This document shows positions 48,935 through 61,958 of a DNA stretch of 64,000 nt, piece by piece. The first letter of the stretch is position 1. Each line of letters begins with the position of its first letter. The DNA lies in assembly GCF_963853765.1 (NCBI RefSeq), contig NC_088859.1:8804001-8868000 (forward strand), given 5' to 3'. A program made the translations under genes and the position numbers. Source of the stretch: Magallana gigas (taxonomy: Eukaryota). The notes below the pieces were generated by a model. The model saw only the letters and a list, made by a program, of their open reading frames with translations. It was not told where the DNA came from and made no database searches.

Positions 48935-51931
48935 TTAGAAGTCGGCATCAAGAGTAAACTCATGCTTGGAGGAATTATTTCCATTCATGACGCCCATTTT
49001 CTGGTATTCCCCGACACGCTTTTCAAAGAAATTTGTCTTTCCTTCCAAGGATATGTGTTCCATAAAGTCAAAAGGGTTCTCGACATTGTAAACCTGAAAA
49101 ATACAAGCAAGAATTAAGACCACTGTATTTAGATTCTTCATTTATCACAGCAATAAAAGAAAAAAAAGAAGAGACCATGTTTCAGTATCATTTATGGAAT
49201 GTGGACCTACCTTTTCACATTTAAGTTCTAGTAGTAGTCTGTCAGCAACAAATTCAATGTACTGTTTCATCAGTTTGCAGTTCATCCCTATGAGGTTACA
49301 AGGCAGAGCTTCCGTCAGAAATTCTTGTTCAATCTTGACGGCATCACAGATGATTTCATATATTCTTTCTTTGGATGGACGGTTTAAGAGATGGCTGAAC
49401 ATCAGGCAGGCGAAGTCGCAGTGTAATCCCTACGAAAAAATAATGGGGATGAAAATTTCTGAATACATAGCTATTAATCATTTTCAAATTAAAATTGGAA
49501 TTAATTTAATTTACAGAATTTGACTGGAAAGACAAGCTGCAATTCTTTAAAACTGAACTAAACTCATATAAGTAGGTTCATGCTTTTGGGCTTGTAGGTT
49601 TTTCATTTCTTTAGATATCAGCCAAAGCATATTTATGATGACCAAATATAAAAAAAATAATTAGAGACACAAAGGTTGTTGGTCCATACCTCATCTCTAC
49701 TAATCAGCTCATTACTGAAGGTAAGCCCTGGCATGATTCCTCGCTTCTTCAGCCAGAAGATGGCAGCAAAGCTTCCACTGAAGAAGATACCCTCCACTGC
49801 AGCAAAGGCCACTACTCTCTCTCCAAAGTCAGCTTCCTGGTCACCGATCCACTTAATGGCCCAGTCTGCCTTCTTTTTGACACATGGCAAGGTCTCAATG
49901 GCATTGAAGAGGTAATCTCTACAATAATTGTTAAATAAGATTTTATTTTCAAAGACTGACAAGTAGTATTTTCAGGGATGTAAATAACAGAAGAAAAAAA
50001 TTAGGAAATCAATTGTGAGTCTGTACTGATCTCTAAAGTGAACATTTTCATTTGTAAATCTGCTGACAAATCACATTCCTGATTTTTTTTCTTTTCTAGC
50101 ATTGTTTAGCAAATCACAGAAGAACGAACTATTATCTTATCTTTTTAATTAAGAAAAAAAAAACCATTTTGAATTAAGACTGATTTCTTGTCACACACAC
50201 CTCTGTTTGGGGTCTTTGATGTAGGTATCAATGAGTAAGCTGTACATTTCGGAGTGGATGTTTTCCATAGCAATCTGGAATCCATAGAAACATCGGGCCT
50301 CTGTAGCCTGTACTTCTTTACTGAATCTCTCCACCTGCAAGTCAAATAATGGTACACAATGAATTCATATTATTACATCAATAAGTATAGGGGGCTGTAG
50401 TCATTGCATACATGTAGCTCTATTATTTGTTGAATCTCAGAACAAAAAAGACTTTGATGGATTTTTATCGAATGAATATTTTTTTCTTCACATTGCATGT
50501 GTTTGAAAACCGTTCCACATACCAAATTTTCATTGACGATTCCATCACTGGCAGCAAAAAAAGCAAGAACATGGGAAATGAAGTGTTGTTCCTCGTCCTT
50601 CAGAGCTTCCCAGTGACCCAGATCCTTGGAGAGATCGACCTCCTCAGCAGTCCAGAATGAGGCTTCAGCCTTCTTGTACATTTGCCAGATGTCATGGTAC
50701 TGGATTGGGAAGACTACAAAGCGTCGGGGATTGTCCTCCAGCAAGGGTTCAACTTTCTTGGGCTTTCTGGATGTTTTCTTAATTGGCTAAAACAGGTACA
50801 ACACAGTTTAGTAAAAGGACAGACACACTATACTAGGCATAAGGAAATATGAATCTGTTTAATAGGACCATGAAAGAAACTTTCTTACCTCGTTTGTTTT
50901 TTCTATAATATTCTGTGGAATAGAAGAAAAAAAACTATATCATATCACTAGCAATTAAAATTATGGTTAAAAAAAAATTACTCAAACTTTTATGCACCAT
51001 ATAATTTTAAATTGTTGATGAGATTAACACCTGTATAGCTGCTTGAATGATATTTATTGCTTTTATCAAGTTTGTAAATTTACCCAACAACTGCAATTCT
51101 ACATCTTATAAATTAACTCACAGGTATATTGCTGTCTCCAAGAACTTTTCTGTTGTTTAAAACTGTGTTTTTTAAGTTTTCTGGCATCTGGAACAGCAAG
51201 AAATAAAGAATGCAATAAATCTCCATAATTTGTTGTAATTTTTACACCTATAACTGTAACCTATAAATCACATACTATGATAGCTGAATTTGTTCCAATT
51301 TCTTCATACAAACAGAAGAATATAAGTTTGAAAATGGTTTTAACTTCTACTCTGACGTTATTTTTTAGCAATAGCCTACGTTTCCGTACTGCAAGAAAAA
51401 AAACTTAACAGTTTTGCAAAACTAATATGACGTGTTTGTAAATGGCGCTAAAATTGGTCAACATCCGTAAAACAATATTTCCCTCCAAAATTACAAAGAC
51501 AAAGCATACAAACATTTTCGTGCTGCGGTGCATATTTCATTCAGATAAATAACAATTGCATAACTGTCCTAGGATAAAAATTGTATTGTATTAATAGCCT
51601 ACTATTCTCCTGAAAAATATTTAAATTTTGTGACTATCCCAATCGATAACTCAGATTCCGACAAATCAGTTTTTCGTTGTTCAATTTCTTTCTTTATCAT
51701 TGAATTTACAGTTATATATCAAAAGGATAAAACTAAATTCACAGCAAACAATACAGTCAATTATATTTATTTTGCATCAACGTAGATTATTTACATAACA
51801 CGTCTACTGACAAAGAAAATCTTGTATTTAAGCGCCAAGTGTTTCTTTACCTCGTTTTCGTCGTTAATCTTCGATTTCCTCAGTTGTGCAGTAATTTCTT
51901 GAGTAGCTCTTGGTGACCGGCTTGAAAGCAT
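48935..51931 (-). CDS. RRM2: Ribonucleoside-diphosphate reductase small subunit (~391 aa)
   Basis: Exons 51931-51851, 51187-51122, 50912-50889, 50786-50523, 50334-50201, 49918-49690, 49429-49211, 49093-48935. Motifs [89 protein letters not shown]. Confidence 0.97.
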
Positions 51932-52079
51932 CTTGACAAAATTAAGAAAATATCAGTATCTTTAAAGGAACAAGAAATCTGGATGTCGTTCTCTACTAAC
52001 TGAGGTGCCAATTGACGTTCAGTGCGTGAATCTCGAGTTAAAAACCGCGCTAAGCTTGCACCGGATTGGTTTTCATTGG
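51443..52079. promoter_or_regulatory. Cell-cycle-type motifs at the RRM2 5' end (E2F-like sites and CCAAT boxes)
   Basis: Minus-strand TTTAGCGCCA (51452-51443) and TTGGCGC (51838-51832) in intron 1; CCAAT/ATTGG at 52008, 52065 and 52075. Confidence 0.45.
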
Positions 52080-52506
52080 TCAATAATGGTATGTTCCGTC
52101 ATTGCGTTTCATAATCATCAATTTTTTTAAATATAAAAAATAGCTTTGTATCTTATCATTAGACATTATGTTGTATGGTTTTATAAGTTATAAAAATTTT
52201 GGCCCTTATTACAGAACAAATGCATTTCAACAAAAACAATAAGCACCCCTCTATTTTGGATTATTCCATAATTTGTTCTTAGCAACTTTGCACTATTTTC
52301 AAGTGGATATTCCTACACATTTTGCACAAAATCTTTTGAGTTAGTGTGTAAAAGATGCTAATATCTCAAAAGATAAAAAGCAATATATTTTAAATATGCC
52401 TTTTGGTAATAAAACACACCAAAATCTGTATAAATTATTCATCTATATGTTTACTATTTTATGTCGTAATTAGATCCGAAATGTCGTTGTACGTCATTGT
52501 TTAAAC

Positions 52507-55500
52507 ATGGCGGCTACCGATAGTATTCGTGTAGTCGATGATGATTATGTGAAAAGAATTCATAGTAGAACAACATCAGGCCATTTGCATAAGGGTAATT
52601 AGTTATACACTACACTAACATGTATGCAGAAGTAAAAAAAATATTTTTTCAAAAGTATGTAAGCATTTTAAATCAATGTTCAATACATCCAAACACTGAG
52701 AAAAGAGTAAGACAAGACGTATTTGTGTTGTAGGTCATGGCATTGTTGCAGCGACAGCCTCAATACCCAGTAAATATCAAACTATTGTGACTGACAATAG
52801 CGACAAGAGAGGATTCGGGGCACAAGCGAAGCGTTTTCAGTCAGATTTTGCCATGGTAAAGTTTAAGACCCGGTGTGTTTTAATATAAACCAGAGTACTT
52901 TTCAAATAACGTATGATTGGGCTATATATTAGAAAAAGGGTTTAAACATGATTGTTTTATAAACAAAGCAGTTTTTATGTACCAGTAACATGATAAATTA
53001 AGACTTTCAGCATGTTCTTGTCATAAATTTAAAAGAATTGACATATTCTGGGAATTATTCTTACATTAATTTTCATTTTTTTCAATGACTATAGACAGAT
53101 GCACCTGGTCCAGGCAGTTATGTGAAACATAATTCAGTAGAAAACAGTAGTGTTTCCTTTTCAAAGAAAGGAACAGGGGGATTTGCATCAAAGGTAATAT
53201 ATTCGTATTATAAAAATCAAATTAAGATCAAAATATTTTTGAAATACTGTTTTAGTACAAATTCCTTTCAAAATATATATCAATCTATGGCAATTTATTC
53301 ACGTTGAAATATGATATATAGCACTCATATCCATTTGAAACATGCGAAGAATATTCTGTATTTTTACAGTCCAAGAAAGGTTTGAAGTATGTCGGTACCA
53401 GTGCACCTGGACCTGGTGTCTACAGTTTGCCAAATATGTTGAGGACACAGAATGATTTCAATCGCTCAGAGGTAGGAAGGCTGTTCCAAAAACCCATAGC
53501 ACAAGCAACAGAACCGGAGAAGAGAGAAAAGAGACCAGCACCTAATCAATATCAAGTAATTCAAACTTTATCTTTTGTGTGTGTGGTTGGGGGGGGGGGG
53601 GGGGGGAGGGGGATTTATTATTTATATCTTGGTATTATTGTGAAAGGACATAAATATGTTGAAATATATACACATTTTAATGATGATGATTTTGTCCATG
53701 TTTGGTCAAATGAAGATGATGGCTTTCAAATAACTTTTATAAGTGAACTTCTTGTGGTACAACTCTTGTCATTTTTCAGGTTTTAAAAGTACAGTTGGGA
53801 AAAGCTAATAATGTGTCAGCAGATGCAGCTTTTAAATCAAGAAGTAAAAGAGAAGTTATCAATATAAAAGATATAGCCAGAAATCCTGCACCAGGTAATA
53901 AAGTAAAATCTTTTTTTTGTATAGCTTCTGTCTCAGCGAGTTTAAAAAAAATAAAAAATAAATATATGTTCAATGCTTGATAAAACAACATTCCTTCTGT
54001 AGAAGAACTTGTCTTAATTACTGATAAAATAAGTTGTTATTTTATTTTAAATTTAGGCCAGTATACAGTAAAAGATCATCTCCAACATGAAAGTGTGAAA
54101 GTTCCATTTTCTAGTTTCAAATCAAAATCAAAGCGACAGATGCAACCAAGTCCTGTTCCAGTAAGTATAAAAAGTCTCTTAATTTAGAGTAGTATTTAAT
54201 GTTGAATTAAATGGTACATGCCTGAATATTTTTGTCCCTAATCTATCAATGTTTGTAGGTGCCAGGACCCGGTGCATATAAACCAAATGAACCTGTTGAT
54301 CCTGCCAAAAAACAGCTTTTCCCGTGAGTAAAGAGTAATTTTTGTTTCCAACTTTTCCCTTTTTTTTGGGGGGGGGGGGGAGGGAGGTTGTGTTGATATA
54401 AAATGTAAAATATCCCATTTATGAATATTGATTATGTATACTTTATCATGTAAACTTGAAATAAAATAATATTTTTTAAAATAAAGGATATTTAAAAAAG
54501 TTGACTTGACTACATTAACAGGAGGAAGCACTACCTGTGTATCTCTGCCCCCGCCATGCCCCTACCGAACACCCCACCTCAGCCCGGACCCGCTGCCTAT
54601 GACCTGGTCGACTATGAGGGTCCTGCCAAACATTATATGTCTAGTTCTGCTTTTGTGTCCACAACCAGTCGATGGACAGGGAATGGTCCAACTGGAGAGT
54701 TACCTGGGCCAGGTGAGTTTGATTAATATCTAGACACGGATATCAAATGATATTATCTATGGCAGGGGCTGACAAATCCAATTGCCTGACACCCGGGGCA
54801 AGTGATTTTTCCGATCGGGCAAGTAAAAAATCGGTAGGGACTTGCCCGTGGGCAAGTAACTTTTTAAACTTTCGCATGTGTACTGGAAATGAAAATATTG
54901 TATTTCACCGAATATAATGCATACTTTTTTTTCTAGAAAACTCTTTAGGATCTAAGGATGCTTAAATTATACATCACAATAGGATTTTATTGATCATAAT
55001 CTGCTAATAGATAAATACTTATAAAATGGCAATTTAACGCCATTCTGAGCTGTTTATACTATGATCAACTTCTTTGAGCTGTGTTCACCTTCTCCATGTA
55101 CGCCGCTATAACTGATGATAAAAATAGATGTGTGCCTGTTATCACTCGCTAATCATAATCATAGCCTAGAACTTTTTTTAAATTAAAATATTAGGCCTAA
55201 TATGTTTATATATAATTAGTTTAAATTAAACAACTCACTGCAGATTTATTTCATCTTTATTTTTAACACTTCTTTGGCCATGAACACGCATTCATGCTTG
55301 TTACCTATTATCTCGGACATTCACTTAAGGTAAAAGAAATTATGAAGACACCGAAAACTGTTAATAAAATGTGTTTTTTTACCTTTACAACAAATCCAAC
55401 TAAATATCAATACGTAATGTGTTGTTTTTTTAACACATTCTCGTGAAAACCAAGAGGAAGAGATGTTGAATCAAAACTATATACCGGTATTATGAAGAGT

Positions 55501-57912
55501 ATCAAAGGTGGAAAAAATTAAAGTAAAGGGCAAAAACATCGTGTAGAATGTGTATTGTTTTCTTAATCACAATAAAGAATTTGGTTGGGCTAGTAGATAT
55601 TGAGGTAGGGCAAGTAAATTTTGCCTAGCCACTTGCCCGAGGGCAAGTGCTTAAAAAATGTATTATCAGCCCCTGCTATGGCGATATGTTAAGCAAGAAA
55701 ATTTAACAATTTTCCACTATATGCCACTAAATGTGAAGTTTTACTTTGTTCTGAATTAAGCTACTGATTTTTAAAGAAAACTTCATGAGTCATTTCTCTA
55801 TTTTGGATCACAAGGTTGTGATCCTTTGCATATTTTATGATCACTTCCCACTCTCAATCTAAAACAGTGATACAAGGCTGGTAACTCCTGCTCTCTATTT
55901 AACCTTGCTTCAGAACAGGAAAGGTTGTACTGCTTGTGTGCTGATGAACTATTTATACTCCCCCATTTTCTTCTGAAATTACCGGGTATTTAATCAAGAC
56001 AAGCATGCAACACCTGAGAGATATCTATGTAAAAGTTATCAAGCTCTTTTAATTATGTCCATTTTAATTTCCCAGAAAATCAAGGTGCTAATTAAAATAT
56101 TTTTATGGATCTCTTGTGAATTAGAAAATTCCCTCAGGAGATGAGTCTCAAGTAACAAAATGTCAGTAAAATGAAGTTCATTTTAATAGCAATGATTTTC
56201 TCTAGAATCATGCACTGAATTCAGTATGTTGTCCCCAGAAAACCCTACATCAGCAAACAATTAGACAACTTTTATTAAAAAAAAACCTTTTAACAAATTT
56301 TGTATGTGGCAATTACGTAATAAAATCTGTAACCTTGTGATCAGAATGAAATTGATGCTGGAGTAGTATAACATTCAGACTGTAAATTCTATAATAGGAA
56401 AGGGTTAAAGGTGCACTATAAATAATTACTGCCATTGGCATTTTGTGTGTGGGTGTGATGAAAATGTACTACCAGGTACTTTTGGGACACTGGGAAATGA
56501 ATTTCACTATAATGAGAAAAAATGATGTTAAGCTTTTACTCCACATCGAGTTGTTTTTACAGATTGATAAATTTTATTGACATGTTTTCATGTTCAATTT
56601 TTCAAACTGACATTTTTCAAACTGACATTGTTTTTGGACAAAGGTCTTTCCCCATATATTTAACACTGTTATACTTTCATGTTAAATACTGAAATCTGAT
56701 TGGTTAAAACGCAGTTCATAATCCGTTCTATTACCCTCAGCGTTAGCAATGCAGTTAGCAACGGGTAACATTACAAATTGTTACATGCGCGAAAATTATG
56801 CGCGTATGGTTCGCTGTAGAATTCACGTTATTCCTATATAAAAGCAGTAAAATTTTCTTAAAAATTAAGACATTCAGTATAACAAAATAAATAGTGCCTG
56901 TTTGGGAGGATAACAGTTGAAATTGCCACCCATCGAAAACCATTGTCAACTTCCGCTTTGCGTCGGTTGACAATGGTTTTCTCGGGGTGTCAATTTCAAC
57001 TGTTACCCTCCCAAACAGGCACTATTTATATAATAAAGGAGCCAGAAATGTCTGTAAATAGAAGATAAATATTGCTGTTTATGAAAATGAGTTTTCTGGA
57101 CGTGAAAACTTAGTTGTGTTCTTAATTTTATATAAATTTTTATATAAAAAAGTTTGACTTATTTCACTTGTACACCAGCTCTATTGATCATACATCTGAT
57201 ATTTAGAAATCATAGTTTAGTAGAAAGAAATTATTGGCATTATTTTTTTTTTTTTGAGAAAAAAAATTAATTTGCACTCCCCATTGCTGATATATATAGA
57301 CTGAAATCAACAGAAGTAACCAATATGCAAGAACTGAAAGCATTTGCAATATCATGCAATTTATGTAATTTCCATCCGATTTTAGTAAAATCAAAAAGTT
57401 AAGAAATATTATCCATTCATGTTTGGTTTCATCGATGCTCTTTTTAGTATTGATTTTTTCTCCTCATTTTATTGTGAAATGGCTTCCCCCAAATTTTGTC
57501 CCTAAGAGAGATAGATCATTATTCCTGATGACAAGCTGTCAGATTTGTCGACTGACACCGTCCTAGAGCCTCCACTTTATTGATTTTAGAACTCACAGAT
57601 CACAGAATCTCAAATTCCTTTGTGTAATATGATATCAGGAGTAAAATGACAATATTAAATTAATAACAAATGAAAAGAAATGGAGTAACTAAAGATGTAC
57701 TGTGGTTAAATATTTTATGAATGCCAAATGATTTTATTTTGAAAGACTGAAATTTAAATAAAAAAATACAGGAGTTATTATTATTTTTTTGTAAAATACT
57801 AATATTTTATTCTAATTTTTTCTTTTTTCCTTTTTTTTTTTTAGCTCATTATCGACCTGTTGAGCCAAATAAACAGTCATTTATTTACAACGCTGCAGGA
57901 AAATGGATTTAA
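52507..57912 (+). CDS. STPG1: Sperm-tail PG-rich repeat protein 1 / O6-methylguanine-induced apoptosis 2 (~345 aa)
   Basis: Exons 52507-52594, 52734-52855, 53095-53193, 53370-53555, 53780-53894, 54057-54160, 54259-54323, 54522-54712, 57845-57912. Repeated PGPGxY/PAPxxY motifs; SIPSKYQ, KRGFGAQAKRF, SFSKKGTGGFAS, SSSAFVSTTSRW, KQSFIYNAAGKWI*. Confidence 0.9.
54763..55675. mobile_element. CAGGG-terminated non-autonomous DNA transposon with 6-bp TSD (STPG1 intron 8)
   Basis: TIR CAGGGGCTGA / TCAGCCCCTG; CTATGG on both flanks; clustered GGGCAAGT/ACTTGCCC subterminal motifs at both ends. Confidence 0.85.
56660..57029. mobile_element. Dispersed element ending in a 143-bp palindrome (Crypton-like, family tentative)
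   Basis: Arms 56887-56950 and 56966-57029 (ATAAATAGTGCCTGTTTGGGAGG...CCATTGTCAAC) are near-perfect reverse complements; the left boundary is approximate. Confidence 0.6.
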
Positions 57913-60900
57913 TTCTCAGAAGATGATTAAGTTTTATATTAATAATGAGTAAAATAAAGAAGAAGACAAACATTATTAATTTGCTTGAAATACAACTTTT
58001 AATTAATGAAGTTTTTAAAAATCACACACTGGAAATGATGTTCAGGAAATATAGGATCTTGCTCCTTGCAATGTATTCTGTCTGCTGGTTGACTGGTAAT
58101 TTGCTTGATGTCAGATCCAGGGAAAATGCCATTTGTTGTGATCATCCTTGGATTTACAGTTGTTTCCAATGGAAATCAGAGTATTAAGATACATTGCATT
58201 GGTTTATTGAACCTTAAATTGCTGAACTGACAACAAATCCCATCTATTTAAACAATGGCATATATTGTTTATTGTGTTTGTAATTATAATGTTTTTGTTT
58301 ATCAATGAAAATAAGTTTACCTTTGAGGAACTACAGAATAGTATTCAATATTTCTGTTTTTGTTCCACTGCCTACTTTCTCCAAGTGTTGAATGATGCTA
58401 TGATTTCCGTCCAAGTTTATCATGAAATGTCTTAATTCTCCCCGTCACCATTTTTCTACTATAGGCATCCGTTACTTACCTGTATGTGTGTGTGAGAAGT
58501 TAAAACTGACTTGTATGTGTGGTGCTGATTGAGAAATGAATGTCCAAACTATTGTGAAATGTCAATGGTGCCTTCATACTATTAGACCCAGGAATATTTT
58601 TTTTCTACATTTTAGCTTGAATTGTCTCAGTAGCCAATAAGATGTTTTACCCCTTGTACTCTTACCTTAATGTTTGCTTTTCAAAGCAAGTTATTTTTGT
58701 GATACATTATAGCATTCTGTGTCATCTTTTGGCAAGATTAATTCTTATTTTTGTTGATGTTTTGATATAATATTTTATGAATTATATTTGTTTATATTCT
58801 GTGATAAAATCATGTTTTAATAAATCTGTGAAATATTGCTAAGATTTTGTAATTTATGATAATGTCACTTTAATCTTTGAAGTTTTACATATTTTTTTCT
58901 TTAATTAGAAAAAAATGGTTTCATAACTTTTTTAAAGTTACATAAGTGGAAATTTTGGGTTTATGTAACCCGGCGTTACGTAATATGACACAATCTGACC
59001 AGGAGTGATGTTTGCTCAGTTATCTCAGTGTAAACAACAAAGTTAATTGTGGCCTCCCTGGGGGTTTACGACACTACCTTATTATAACACTACCCTATAG
59101 ATAGCGGGCTTTTAGTGCGACATGCGGATTATAGATTATTCAATCAACGCTTTATAAAAACGCGTTTCATAACTCAGAAATTTGATGTAAAGATAATTGG
59201 AATTTACTGCACGTTCTTTATCATTACAGTCACATGTACACGTTTATCCCCTGTTTTTATTTCCGAAAAAGTGACGAGGATTTTATAGCTATCACTCATG
59301 TGACATTGCCCAGCTCAAACCACGCTGATGTATCCCCAATTGAATCTTCTCTCCCCCATTTGAAATTCAAAATATAAAGCATCCAAACAGTAAATCGCGA
59401 TGAAAAACCGTTCTGTTTAAAACACAACGCCCTACCAGGGCCCAGACTCGGTTTGTTTCTTAATGATTTAACCTGTTTTACTGAAAATCAAATGACTATA
59501 CATGTACCTATAAGCACAATGTATTATTTTGTATTTATTTTAAAAGAAGTTTTTTCTGGTAATTAAATTTGCAGCACAGTAAATGTTGATTTTTCTGAAT
59601 AGATTTTCTTTTCCCGGTTAAACTGGTTATTCTGCGAATTTCGTACAGAACAAACGAGTATTTTCTAAGAAATTAGCAAAAATCCGGTTAAATTCCAGCC
59701 CGTCCCGGGTTTCGCTACCCATTTTAGTCATACTCCCTTACCCTAAACCACCCCCAAACCATGCGCGCCAAACTTAACATACGTGTTCTGATGGCAATGT
59801 ACACATTGTAGTTTCATAATCAAGGTTTAAATACAAGAAATATGACCAAGTTGGACAATATTGACAAGAAAAAAATTATAACAAACGACGCCCGCATATA
59901 ATGTTGTTCAACCGCTCTGGGTTGATGTGAGTAACATCCCGCATTAATGCATGTGGGAATTTATTTTGATGTTAAAATATTTATAGGAAATGGAACGAGT
60001 TGACAAAAAAATTATTCACTCACCATTTTATAAAAAGCACTCAAGAGTTTTTAGCCACGATTTCTAAGTCATTATAATAGTTTGGGCAATACTAGTCTTG
60101 GTATTCAAACATTCTTTTGGTAAGTAAATCAAAATTATTTGAAATTATTAAACATTTCCCCACACTATCTTTTTAGGGGTTAGATATCGCATAGACCGAT
60201 CCTTCTAAAGAGAGACGGATCTGTTCTATATCTCAGAGCAGACCGATTTAGTATTGTATAATTGTGGAGACACCAGACCATCGTTTGTTTATTTTAATCA
60301 GAAAATAGATGCACCAGCACGAAAACACTTCACAGCTGTGATCTAGGGGTGCAGTAGAATCATACATGTATAAAACAGTGATACATATTCGGACGGGTTG
60401 AGACATACTCATTTGTCCACTTAAGATTTAGAAAGTGACTAATAGAATGTTTAGATCATTAATACCAATTTTAACAATGAAATTTTCATAATGACAAAAA
60501 GTTGAAAAATGGATAAATTTATTGAGTTACGAACACAAGAATATATCTATAGGGTGCATGCTGAGTAAGCATCGGGAACGTCCACGGAGAAAAAAGCTAA
60601 TATCTAGCTCTTAACCAAACACTTGACATAAAACGAATGGGTTTCAAATATGAAAATCTTAAAAAAAACCCTTAAACTAGTAGCCGTTTACCAACTGTTT
60701 GCTGTTCGGATGCTTAACAAATTTCGCATAAGATCTACCTTAAAATTTAAGATATGATTATAATTCGCAATAAACTATATCGATATCTATCTAAAATTTT
60801 TAAAAATCCAAATATTCTACGCTTCAATCTCTTTCTATATCTTTACCTACAGAGCTCTTTATTTCAAGGAGATCAATATAGTCTAAAATGATGTTACGAC

Positions 60901-61226
60901 TATCCAGCCCCCTTAATGACATGCTATCTTTGACGACCCACAATCAGTAAAAATTCTACAACGAGTCTTTTTAATTGATCAGCAAATGAAATAAAGAACT
61001 AAGGCTGTAATTAAATTTGTCGGCAGAGTCTGAGACAGAAAACGAACAAATTTTGATCTTACTGCAACGAAATTCATTGAGTAATATGCCATTGCTTAAC
61101 AGTTTATACAATCACAATTTTAAACAATATCCACGTATAGCTATTTCTTGGAACAGCGATTTAATGCAGGGTGACAATTTTTGGGTAAAAAGGGATTTCT
61201 TTTCCAAACCCAAGATCATGCTGCAT

Positions 61227-61958
61227 TTACTGTTCCTTGAATTTTACAGAATCTTCTTGGAAGTGAATTTTCTGTTTAGAACTAAATGGCGGTTGAACAC
61301 CTTTCACTTTGGAGGTGGCGGGTATGGTCATCTCAATAGGACTCAGGGGTGGCTTCTCCTCTCCCGACTGAATCCGGATCGCCTCCTCGCCTATGTCATC
61401 GGAACACATGTTGGACATGAATGTCGGAAACATAAGGGCCACAGCCAGAAGGATTCCCCCGACACAGAACAATATCAGACCAACTAGCTTCAACAGATCA
61501 AGCGTGGTATTGAATCTGACAGCATCTTCGTCAACGTATCCGACGTTCTCTTGAACGTCACCCTTACGGATGATGGATTTCGTCGGTATGAAATACCCAG
61601 CCAGAATTGCAAGAACACCCAACACTAGAAGATTAACTCCAATCCATATACAAACTTTCAACCAAATCGGACGACATCGGCGTCGGCGCGCATGCGGGTT
61701 GAGGAGGTACCGGTTGTCATCATCTTCCTCGTAGATGCTGGGATCCTTGTACGTCGCCGAGTCGTAGAAGTTATGGAGGTAGGATCTCACGCCAAAGTAG
61801 TAAGGACACACCCCTTTCTTCTTCTCCGGCACATCATCGTCGAAGAACACCTTCCCTGTCTTCTTCTCTTTGGGTGTGGAGACTGAATCATGCGTTTCCT
61901 CGGCGTATTTCGGAGAGGTCGGTTTGTCCTTAAATAAACCCGTGCTCTCCTTTGACAT
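61227..61958 (-). CDS. NRSN1: Neurensin (vesicular membrane protein, 2 TM), 243 aa
   Basis: Intronless ORF with the family motif FGVRSYLHNFYD, TM1 WLKVCIWIGVNLLVLGVLAILAGYFIP, AVRFNTTLDLLKLVGLILFCVGG and TM2. An acceptor at 62020 implies an upstream non-coding exon. Confidence 0.9.
   Translation of the reverse strand: MSKESTGLFKDKPTSPKYAEETHDSVSTPKEKKTGKVFFDDDVPEKKKGVCPYYFGVRSYLHNFYDSATYKDPSIYEEDDDNRYLLNPHARRRRCRPIWLKVCIWIGVNLLVLGVLAILAGYFIPTKSIIRKGDVQENVGYVDEDAVRFNTTLDLLKLVGLILFCVGGILLAVALMFPTFMSNMCSDDIGEEAIRIQSGEEKPPLSPIEMTIPATSKVKGVQPPFSSKQKIHFQEDSVKFKEQ

Noticed and set aside
49194-50660. Plus-strand ORFs of 77-109 aa over RRM2 exons
   Set aside because: Antisense shadows of the RRM2 exons.
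61017-61886. Plus-strand ORFs overlapping neurensin
   Set aside because: Antisense shadows of a real GC-richer CDS; no recognisable domain.
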